Positions 1 through 7,264 of a stretch of DNA of 64,000 nt are shown here, in pieces (within the stretch, counting starts at the first letter, position 1; the number at the start of each line of letters is the position of its first letter). The position numbers and the translations under genes are program-made. Origin of the DNA: Thermodesulfobacteriota bacterium (lineage in GTDB: Bacteria > Desulfobacterota > Desulfobacteria > Desulfobacterales > SURF-7); contig JBMORA010000012.1 of NCBI GenBank assembly GCA_049320885.1, positions 1-64,000 on the forward strand. Reading direction: 5' to 3'. Below the pieces are notes generated by a model. It saw nothing but the letters and a program-made list of their open reading frames with translations. It had not been told where the DNA came from and did no database searches.

Positions 1-262
1 GAGTAATACCACGAGCCTCAACCAGTAATCGGTCAACAAGTTTCTCATATTCATCGGATTCATAAATTTTGGTATCTTGTGGCTTCCGCAAAAACTGGAT
101 AGTAACAACAAGGTTATATAGCCCTTTGTCTTTTATCTCGACAGCTGCGACAACAGTACCAGCCTCTCTACTGTAGCCGGAGTTTGAGGAATAAAACCCA
201 GCAAGTGCGTTTGAGGAAAATAGTATTAGTGCAAATAAAGCGATAGATAATTTTTTCACCAT
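1..262 (-). CDS. Secreted hypothetical protein, second integron cassette ORF (runs off window edge)
   Basis: Manual translation MVKKLSIALFALILFSSNALAGFYSSNSGYSREAGTVVAAVEIKDKG..., open to position 1; signal-peptide-like N-terminus; AAGGA upstream; starts just after the attC R' box. Confidence 0.75.
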   Translation of the reverse strand, partial: MVKKLSIALFALILFSSNALAGFYSSNSGYSREAGTVVAAVEIKDKGLYNLVVTIQFLRKPQDTKIYESDEYEKLVDRLLVEARGIT

Positions 263-289
263 TTTATATTCCTTTTCTGTGCCTCAGAG

Positions 290-354
290 GTAAAACGCTG
301 AAAATAACCGGTCGGCGAGCTTTTCCGCCGGTCGGGTTGATTTTTATGTTAGGG
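290..354 (-). mobile_element. Integron attC site (65 bp)
   Basis: Minus strand CCCTAAC-ATAAA-AATCAACC-(25 nt imperfect hairpin)-GGTTATT-TTCAGC-GTTTTAC; L''/L' are complementary except one extra C; the stop codon of the upstream ORF lies inside R''. Confidence 0.9.
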
Positions 355-864
355 CATAGTTGGGTAATGCCAGTCGATTATCTTTAGACGAAATGCCTCA
401 AGTTCATTAATAGCATCATTTATTCGTTTGAAATACTCTTTAAAATTTACTTCGGTCATATCTTCCGACTCTTCAATTCTTGCTCCCTTACCACCGCTAA
501 GCTTTGAGTTTTCACGTACCAATGCTACAGTTTCATCACCATCGACCAAATCAAAGTATTGCGAGTGAACAAGATTATTACGAATCTCTGCTAGCTTTAA
601 GCATTCTACGATTATATTATGGAATTTAGCTTTTTCAGAATTATCAATCGCCCGTTCATCTACATACCGAGAAAAAAGTACATCTGTGGTTTTTATTAAA
701 TTTGAAAATTCATGCTGCCTTATTAATATTCTAACGAACTCAGAGTTCCCCTTAACGATTAGAAGTACAATATCAGTTATCTGAGCTTCAAGACCCTGAA
801 AATCAACTATGAACTTTCCAAGCTGATGATATAATGGATTTTCCATATTTTTCCTGAGCCCTAA
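296..864 (-). mobile_element. Integron gene cassette 1 (about 569 bp)
   Basis: Begins G|TTAGGGC (865-858), the exact complement of its own R'' GCCCTAAC (355-348); single promoterless low-GC ORF followed by attC. Confidence 0.85.
349..846 (-). CDS. Cassette protein with HEPN-like RxxxxH motif (165 aa)
   Basis: ATG at 846 preceded by AGGA; N-terminal LGKFIVDFQGLE and RNNLVH motif; appears mostly helical. Confidence 0.7.
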   Translation of the reverse strand: MENPLYHQLGKFIVDFQGLEAQITDIVLLIVKGNSEFVRILIRQHEFSNLIKTTDVLFSRYVDERAIDNSEKAKFHNIIVECLKLAEIRNNLVHSQYFDLVDGDETVALVRENSKLSGGKGARIEESEDMTEVNFKEYFKRINDAINELEAFRLKIIDWHYPTMP

Positions 865-894
865 CATATATTATTATCGAGCCCGCTCGAATAA
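858..894 (-). mobile_element. attI-like (non-attC) cassette entry site
   Basis: Minus strand TTATTCGAGCGGGCTCGATAATAATATAT-GTTAGGGC; GTT core at the cassette 5' boundary with no attC-type L/R symmetry upstream. Confidence 0.6.
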
Positions 895-1037
895 CCGCAA
901 CAAATCAATTCCCGCCTATTTCACCGCAAAGTGTAGAAATTTCCAACAAAACCTGATATATAAATATTACTAAATAATACTATATGTTATAAATAAATGA
1001 GACTTTTTGTCGGCTCGTTTACGCATTAATTATGCAC

Positions 1038-1057
1038 TTATAGAGCCGGCTCGATAA
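1038..1057. repeat. 20-bp near-perfect palindrome, second copy of the motif at 874-894
   Basis: TTATAGAGCCGGCTCGATAA versus TTATCGAGCCCGCTCGAATAA. Confidence 0.8.
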
Positions 1058-1145
1058 TTTTTTGAAAAATTATCGCCCACTGTTTTTATTGAAAATATTT
1101 CTGAAAAAGGAGCTATTTCCCGAGAAAAACGTGTCGCTTGAGAAG

Positions 1146-1174
1146 GCCATACAACTGATTGATATAAAAGTCAA
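1146..1174 (-). promoter_or_regulatory. Exact IHF consensus site within a possible weak cassette promoter
   Basis: Minus strand TTGACT-17 nt-TATGGC; TATCAATCAGTTG (1164-1152) matches WATCAANNNNTTR. Confidence 0.45.
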
Positions 1175-1289
1175 TCGTTAATGCTTAACCGTGATTATTC
1201 GAAGAGGATTACAAATTGGACAGGCCTTGATACCTGTATCAAACTTTTTTTACAGGAAAATAATTCCGAATTGATTTTCCACCCAAAAA

Positions 1290-1466
1290 TTATTCACCCG
1301 ATTTCTTAACATTTTTATCCGGCGATTTGAAAAGCCGGGCAACCAGTTCCATAAGCACCGCCTCTGCATTTGCCTGCCGCTCCCTGACTTCCGCCATTCT
1401 CACCAGATTATCGCCGATTTTTTCAATCTTCTTTTCAATATCAGGTGGCAAAGCATCCAGCATCAT
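1290..1466 (-). CDS. Small hypothetical coiled-coil-like protein (about 58 aa)
   Basis: MMLDALPPDIEKKIEKIGDNLVRMAEVRERQANAE...; follows the zinc-ribbon gene closely on the same strand. Confidence 0.5.
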   Translation of the reverse strand: MMLDALPPDIEKKIEKIGDNLVRMAEVRERQANAEAVLMELVARLFKSPDKNVKKSGE

Positions 1467-1477
1467 CGCTATCCCAA

Positions 1478-1738
1478 TTAACGTGAACCAGCCAACCGGC
1501 CGCCGCAATTCCGGCAGGTTTTGCCTTCTTCATATTGGAATAACATGCATTTTTTGCAGAAGACCCCCTTGATGGGCAACCGCGCTTTATGGGCATCAAA
1601 GAAAATACATTCCCCTTCATCCGTGATTTCAAAATCAGTGAGACATGCCGGACAGGATACCTTGCCGGGTTTGACTTCGAATTCATGGCTCATGCAGAAA
1701 GGGCAACTGATGGTACCGGCCAGGCTATCCGTTGTCAT
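1478..1738 (-). CDS. Double zinc-ribbon protein (86 aa)
   Basis: Four CxxC motifs (CPFC, CPAC, CKKC, CRNC); overlaps the end of the IHF gene. Confidence 0.7.
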   Translation of the reverse strand: MTTDSLAGTISCPFCMSHEFEVKPGKVSCPACLTDFEITDEGECIFFDAHKARLPIKGVFCKKCMLFQYEEGKTCRNCGGRLAGSR

Positions 1739-2012
1739 TCACCAGGTCCCGTAAGTTCCGAGAGCAGGTGAACGTTACAACCTTCCGGGCGTCCAGCAAC
1801 ATGGTTTCGCCGGTGGCCGGATTTCTGCCTTTCCGCTTGCGTTTTTCCTTCACATTGAATTTGCCAAAACCGGAAATCATGACATCGTCGCCGGATTCAA
1901 GGGTTCGTTTGATCAATTCGATGGTTGTTTCGATGAGCTGATCGCTTTCATTTCGGGACAGGTCGAGTTGTTTCTGTAATTCTTCGGCAATCTGGACTTT
2001 TGTGAGTGTCAT
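1725..2012 (-). CDS. ihfA: Integration host factor alpha-like (HU/IHF family)
   Basis: MTLTK..., ISGFGKF, RKGRNPATGE, ARKVVTF motifs. Confidence 0.9.
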   Translation of the reverse strand: MTLTKVQIAEELQKQLDLSRNESDQLIETTIELIKRTLESGDDVMISGFGKFNVKEKRKRKGRNPATGETMLLDARKVVTFTCSRNLRDLVNDNG

Positions 2013-2278
2013 AAGGGGTTCCAATGATATGATGAAGGTGGATAAAGATGTGATGACTGGTTGAAAATATTATATAAAACAAATTAAGTCAAGTAAATTG
2101 GTTGGTTGTTCAATAAAAGGGCAGAAAAGAGATGGTCGCAGGAGCTGATTTCAATCTTCCCGATCCATCTGTGGTCCCATTTCAATTGCGGGGTATGGCG
2201 CAACAAAAAATGATCGCGATTTTTTCACGGAGCCATCGAATGTTCAAACGATTTACCTGGATTATTTCATCGGTTATC

Positions 2279-2307
2279 TTGACAGGTATCAATTCTAAGG
2301 GTAGTCT
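2279..2307 (+). promoter_or_regulatory. sigma70-type promoter pointing out of the island, antisense to tRNA-Sec
   Basis: TTGACA-17 nt-TAGTCT. Confidence 0.55.
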
Positions 2308-2363
2308 GCGAGTGAAAAACGGTGCTTTTGAAAATACTTATCTATTTAAGTTTATTGAAAAAA

Positions 2364-2461
2364 TGGCGGAAGTGCATGGGAATCGAACCCACCCGGGACG
2401 GTATTAGCGCCCCACACCGGATTTGAAGTCCGGGAGCCTCACCAGTAAGCTGCGCACTTCC
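2364..2461 (-). tRNA. selC: tRNA-Sec (anticodon UCA)
   Basis: Minus strand GGAAGTGCG...CCGGA-CTTCAAA-TCCGG, long variable arm, GGTTCGATTCC, ends GCACTTCCGCCA; 98 nt. Confidence 0.97.
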
Positions 2462-2526
2462 GTGACGGTTCGTAAAATAGGATATTTGAATGGATTCTGT
2501 CAACCCCCTTATCCGGATCGAAGAGA

Positions 2527-3681
2527 ATGAAGATGATCAATGAACGACGAATGGCCGATGTGTTTACAGCTCTTGTGGAAATCGACAGTGTCTCCAGGCA
2601 GGAGGGACGGGTGGCGGCCCGCATCCGGCAACTGGCCGAAAATCTGGGCGCCCGGGTATTGACCGACGCCTCGGCGGCGAACACCGGCAGCGATACGGGC
2701 AATCTGGTGCTGAAATTCACGGGCAACCGGGATGTCGAACCCATGCTGCTGAGCGCCCATATGGATACGGTGGAGCCGGGCAAGGGAATCCGGCCCCGTT
2801 TCCAGAACGGTGTGTTCACCAGCTCGGGGGACACGATTCTCGGAGCGGACGATAAAAGCGCCATCGCCATTATTGTTGAGGCCCTGCAGATCCTCAAGGA
2901 AAAGAACTTGCCCCACGGACCCATCGAAGTGGTTCTGACCACCTGTGAGGAAATCGGTCTCCAGGGGGCCAAGCACCTGGATTTCAACTTGCTCGGCGCC
3001 AGGTTCGGCTATGTGCTGGATACCACCGACACGGAAGCGATCGTCACCCGCGCGCCGGCGGCCAATAAGATGACCTTCCGGATTCACGGCAAGGACGCGC
3101 ATGCGGGCGTGGCGCCGGAAAAAGGCATCAATGCGATTTCCCTGGCGGCCCGGGCCATTGCTTCCCTGGACCTCGGCCGCATCGATCCTGAGACCACTTG
3201 CAACATCGGTACCATCGAGGGCGGCGTGGCCACCAATATCATTCCCAGCCTGGTGACCATGCACGGCGAGGTCCGCAGCCACGATGAATCCAAACTGGAG
3301 CGGCTGACCCGACGCATCGTGGCGGCGTTTCAGCAGGCGGTGGAAGGCTATGAACCGGCGGATGCGAGTGCCGGCAGGGCGCGCCTGGAATCGGAGGTGG
3401 AGACCGATTTTTTCGCCACCCATATTCCCGAAGACCATCGGGTGGTGGTCCTGGCCAGACGGGCCGCGGCGGCGCTGGATCGCAAGCTGGCCCTGCGGAC
3501 CACCGGCGGCGGCTCGGACGCCAACATTTTTTTCAAGCAGGGCATCATCACCGGTGTCCTGGGGACCGGCATGCAGGACATGCATACGGTCCGCGAGTCC
3601 ATCCGGATCGACCACATGACGCGGACCGCCGAGCTGTTGCTCGGCATCATTCAGCTGCACGCCGAAAACGGGAGCGTCTGA
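2527..3681 (+). CDS. M20 family peptidase T-like metallopeptidase
   Basis: AHMDTV, GADDK, CEEIG, GGGSDAN and terminal MHT metal-binding motifs. Confidence 0.9.
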   Translation: MKMINERRMADVFTALVEIDSVSRQEGRVAARIRQLAENLGARVLTDASAANTGSDTGNLVLKFTGNRDVEPMLLSAHMDTVEPGKGIRPRFQNGVFTSSGDTILGADDKSAIAIIVEALQILKEKNLPHGPIEVVLTTCEEIGLQGAKHLDFNLLGARFGYVLDTTDTEAIVTRAPAANKMTFRIHGKDAHAGVAPEKGINAISLAARAIASLDLGRIDPETTCNIGTIEGGVATNIIPSLVTMHGEVRSHDESKLERLTRRIVAAFQQAVEGYEPADASAGRARLESEVETDFFATHIPEDHRVVVLARRAAAALDRKLALRTTGGGSDANIFFKQGIITGVLGTGMQDMHTVRESIRIDHMTRTAELLLGIIQLHAENGSV

Positions 3682-3683
3682 GC

Positions 3684-4847
3684 ATGCACGTCCATTTCGA
3701 TTGCTTCTCCGGAATCAGCGGGGATATGACCCTGGCCGCTTTGGTGGACCTGGGAGTTCCCGTGGAATGGCTGCGGGACCGGCTGGGCCGGGTGTTGCCG
3801 CCGGACGATTTCGACCTGACCGCTTCGCCGGTGCAGCGGGGCGGAATCCGGGCCATGGACGTCCAGGTGCGGGTCAGGCGGCACGAGCACGCCCGGCATT
3901 TCACCGATATACGGGAAATGATCCTGGGGGGCGGCTTGCCGGAAACGGTCCAAAAGACCAGCCTGGAGATGTTTCAACGGATTGCCGAGGCCGAGGCCGG
4001 TATTCACGGCTGCCGCCTGGAGGAGGTTCATTTCCACGAGGTCGGGGCCGTGGACGCCATGGTGGATATCATCGGCACGGCCCTTGGCGTGGACTACCTG
4101 GGAATCGCTTCCATCAGTTCCTCGCCGGTGGCCCTGGGCAGCGGCTTCGTCGAATGCCGTCACGGCCTGCTGCCGGTGCCGGCCCCGGCGACCCTGAAAA
4201 TTCTGGAGGGGCTGCCGGTATATGGAACCAGCGTCCCCCATGAGCTGGCCACGCCCACCGGCGCGGCCATCGTGGCTACCCTGGCCGCGGAGTTCGGTCC
4301 CCTGCCGGACATGACCGTGGCGCGGACCGGTTATGGCGCCGGCAAGCGGGAACTCCGGCAACAGCCCAATCTGTTGCGACTGGTGGCAGGCAAACGGACC
4401 CGGTCGGCGGAAGCGGAAAACGGGACGGTGGTGATCGAAACCACCATTGACGACATGAATCCCGAATTGTTCGGCTTTGTCATGAACCGCCTGTTCGAGG
4501 ACGGCGCCTTGGATGTCTGCTGGATTCCGGTGCAGATGAAAAAGAACCGTCCCGGAACCCTGGTGCAGGTGCTGAGCCGGCAGGAGCACCGGGCCGCCAT
4601 CGTGCAGCGGTTGTTGTCCGAGACCAGCACCACCGGCGTCCGCTATCATGAAGTCCGGCGGGAAAAGCTGGCGCGGGAGCTCCGGCTGGTGGAGACGTCC
4701 CTGGGCCGGATCCAGGTGAAGGCCATTGTCCGGCCGGACGGCGGCGTCCGGTTGACCCCTGAGTACGAGGTGTGCCGGGAAATCGCCCAGCGTCTGGACC
4801 TGCCCCTCCAGGAGGTGTACCGGACGATTCTGAAGGAAGTGGGGTGA
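3684..4847 (+). CDS. larC: Nickel pincer cofactor biosynthesis protein LarC
   Basis: FDCFSGISGDM, HFHEVGAVD, HGLLPVPAPAT, ETTIDDMNPE, MKKNRPG, PEYE. Confidence 0.93.
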   Translation: MHVHFDCFSGISGDMTLAALVDLGVPVEWLRDRLGRVLPPDDFDLTASPVQRGGIRAMDVQVRVRRHEHARHFTDIREMILGGGLPETVQKTSLEMFQRIAEAEAGIHGCRLEEVHFHEVGAVDAMVDIIGTALGVDYLGIASISSSPVALGSGFVECRHGLLPVPAPATLKILEGLPVYGTSVPHELATPTGAAIVATLAAEFGPLPDMTVARTGYGAGKRELRQQPNLLRLVAGKRTRSAEAENGTVVIETTIDDMNPELFGFVMNRLFEDGALDVCWIPVQMKKNRPGTLVQVLSRQEHRAAIVQRLLSETSTTGVRYHEVRREKLARELRLVETSLGRIQVKAIVRPDGGVRLTPEYEVCREIAQRLDLPLQEVYRTILKEVG

Positions 4848-4850
4848 GGC

Positions 4851-5321
4851 ATGAATCCATCGGCGCTGAAACACCAATTGATCCTGCTGCTGGCCACGGG
4901 CTTTCATTCCGGGAGGATGCCGGTCGCCCCGGGGACCTTTGGTTCCCTGGCGGGCCTGGCGCTCTGCTATCTGCTGTCCGTCATGCCGGCCCTGAAAAGC
5001 ATTCCGGTTCTGATCATCTTCATCTGCCTGTCCATGTGGATCGCCGGGGAAGCGGAAACCCTCCTCGGCGCCAAGGATCCGGGAAGCATCGTGATCGATG
5101 AGGTGGCCGGCATGGCCGTCACCCTGACGGGATTGCCGTTTACCCCGGCGAACGCCCTGGCCGGATTCGTCCTGTTCCGGTTTTTCGACATTCTGAAACC
5201 GTTTCCCATCCGTCAACTGGAAAAGCGCATTCCCGGCGGCATCGGAGTGGTCCTGGACGATCTGCTGGCCGGGGTATATGCCCTGCTGGTGCTGCGCATG
5301 GGGAAAGCCCTCTGGATGTGA
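4851..5321 (+). CDS. pgpA: Phosphatidylglycerophosphatase A
   Basis: APGTFGS, KDPGSIVIDEVAG, FRFFDILKPFPI, GVVLDDLLAG. Confidence 0.95.
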   Translation: MNPSALKHQLILLLATGFHSGRMPVAPGTFGSLAGLALCYLLSVMPALKSIPVLIIFICLSMWIAGEAETLLGAKDPGSIVIDEVAGMAVTLTGLPFTPANALAGFVLFRFFDILKPFPIRQLEKRIPGGIGVVLDDLLAGVYALLVLRMGKALWM

Positions 5322-5322
5322 A

Positions 5323-5895
5323 ATGAATTCCATGCGCGTCTTCATCGCCCTTGAATTGCCGGAAACGATCATCGCCGCCCTTGCCAGGGTCCAGAAAGAC
5401 CTGCGGCCCCATGGCTTGAAAACCAAATGGGTGAAACCGGAAAACATCCACCTGACCCTGAAATTCCTCGGCGACATCCGGCCGGAACAGGTGGAGCCGG
5501 TAGCCGGAGTTCTTCAGCGGACGGTTGCCCGGAAAACGGCTTTCCCGCTGACGGCAAAAGAGGCCGGCGTTTTCCCCTCCATCCGGCGTCCGAATGTCTT
5601 TTGGATCGGACTGGCCGGGGAACTTGCCCCGCTGGTTCTGCTGCAGCAGGAACTGGACCGGGGCCTCGGTGAACTCGGGTTCGCCCTGGAAACCCGGCCG
5701 TTCAAGGGGCATCTGACCCTGGGCCGCTTTAAGGGCCCGGTGGACCCGGACCGCCTGATCCAGGCCCTGCGTTCCCTCGCCGATTTCCAGACGCCGGCCT
5801 TTACGGCCGAGACCGTTACCTTGTTCAGGAGCGACCTGCATTCCGCCGGACCGGTGTACACCCGCCTTTCGTCCGGGCGCCTGAATCCTTCCTGA
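5323..5895 (+). CDS. thpR: RNA 2',3'-cyclic phosphodiesterase (2H family)
   Basis: MRVFIAL start; two HxT motifs (IHLTLKFLG, GHLTLGR); upstream of recA. Confidence 0.92.
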   Translation: MNSMRVFIALELPETIIAALARVQKDLRPHGLKTKWVKPENIHLTLKFLGDIRPEQVEPVAGVLQRTVARKTAFPLTAKEAGVFPSIRRPNVFWIGLAGELAPLVLLQQELDRGLGELGFALETRPFKGHLTLGRFKGPVDPDRLIQALRSLADFQTPAFTAETVTLFRSDLHSAGPVYTRLSSGRLNPS

Positions 5896-6120
5896 TCCGC
5901 ATTCGCCGGGTCCAGCGTTTGTCCGATTGCATTCGACGACGTTTAATAGTATAGGAGACTCAATTTTTGCGGTGTTGCACATCCGGCTGGTTCCGGCAAT
6001 GACTCGGCAATGAACCCGGTGCGGCGTTGATGGGCGGTGGGCCGCGACCGCTGAACCACACATTCCGTTCCCGACTGGCCAACCGACGGTGGCGGATAAC
6101 GATTATCTCAGGAGGGGATC

Positions 6121-7203
6121 ATGGTCAATTCCACGGAAAAGGACAGGGCGGTCGAGGCCGCCATCAGCCAAATCGAACGGCAGTACGGCAAAGGCTCCAT
6201 CATGAAGCTGGGCAGCGGCGAGATCATCGAGGTGCCGGTGATCCCCACCGGCTCCCTGGCCCTGGACAAGGCCCTGGGTATCGGCGGACTGCCCAAGGGC
6301 CGGGTTACGGAAATTTATGGCCCGGAATCTTCCGGGAAAACCACCCTGGCCCTGCATGCCGTTTCCGAGGCCCAGCGGCGGGGGGGAATCGCGGCTTTCA
6401 TCGACGCGGAGCATGCCCTGGATACTTCCTATGCCAGGAAGCTCGGAGTGAACTGCGACGAGCTGCTGGTTTCCCAGCCCGATACCGGGGAACAGGCCCT
6501 GGAAATCACCGATATGCTGGTGCGCAGCGGCGCCATCGACATTCTGGTGATCGACTCGGTGGCGGCCCTGGTTCCCCGGGCGGAGATCGAGGGGGAGATG
6601 GGCGATTCCCACATGGGGCTCCAGGCCCGGCTCATGTCCCAGGCCCTCCGGAAACTGACCGGAACCATCGGGAAAACCATGACCTCGGTGATTTTCATCA
6701 ACCAGATCCGCATGAAGATCGGGGTGATGTTCGGCAATCCCGAAACCACTACCGGCGGCAATGCCTTGAAATTCTATGCCTCGGTGCGCATCGATGTGCG
6801 GAAATCCAATTCCATCAAGGAAGGCCAGGAGATCGTCGGCAACCGGACCAAGGCCAAGGTCGTCAAGAACAAACTGGCCCCGCCTTTCAAGGAAGCGGAG
6901 TTCGACATCATGTACGGCGAAGGCATTTCCAGGACCGGCGACCTGCTGGATATGGGCGTGCTGGTGAACGTCATTGAAAAAAGCGGGTCCTGGTATTCCT
7001 ACAACGGGGAACGCATCGGACAGGGCCGTGAGACGGTGAAGAAATTTTTCGGCGATAATCCGGCCCTGTATGAAGAAATTTTATCAAAGGTCCGCGAAGG
7101 ACTGGGGCTGGTGAAAAGCGCGCCGGAGAATGCCAAGCCGGAAAACATCAAACCGGAGAGCAGCAAGACGGAAAAAATCAAATCCGAAGCTGCCGGGAAA
7201 TAA
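6121..7203 (+). CDS. recA: Recombinase RecA
   Basis: [39 protein letters not shown]. Confidence 0.99.
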   Translation: MVNSTEKDRAVEAAISQIERQYGKGSIMKLGSGEIIEVPVIPTGSLALDKALGIGGLPKGRVTEIYGPESSGKTTLALHAVSEAQRRGGIAAFIDAEHALDTSYARKLGVNCDELLVSQPDTGEQALEITDMLVRSGAIDILVIDSVAALVPRAEIEGEMGDSHMGLQARLMSQALRKLTGTIGKTMTSVIFINQIRMKIGVMFGNPETTTGGNALKFYASVRIDVRKSNSIKEGQEIVGNRTKAKVVKNKLAPPFKEAEFDIMYGEGISRTGDLLDMGVLVNVIEKSGSWYSYNGERIGQGRETVKKFFGDNPALYEEILSKVREGLGLVKSAPENAKPENIKPESSKTEKIKSEAAGK

Positions 7204-7264
7204 ACGTCAAGGCGGATCGATCCGCCGTGAATCATCGGAAACGCAAGGAAGGTTGGAGTGCCCC

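Noticed and set aside
847..867. ORF-track start at 867 for the cassette gene
   Set aside because: That ATG spans the crossover point; the ATG at 846 has an RBS inside the cassette
855..885. Resemblance to an XerCD dif site (…CGATAA…ATGTTA…)
   Set aside because: The arms do not fit 11-6-11 spacing (off by two), and the GTTAGGGC is explained by the cassette boundary
2132..2407. 91-aa ORF starting MVAGADF, faintly like an antisense tRNA 3' end
   Set aside because: It runs antisense into tRNA-Sec and does not match the selC end; too degenerate to call a gene or att repeat
5989..6016. CGGCAATGA direct repeat upstream of recA as an SOS box
   Set aside because: It matches no LexA consensus I can state confidently and I did not see it at other repair genes here
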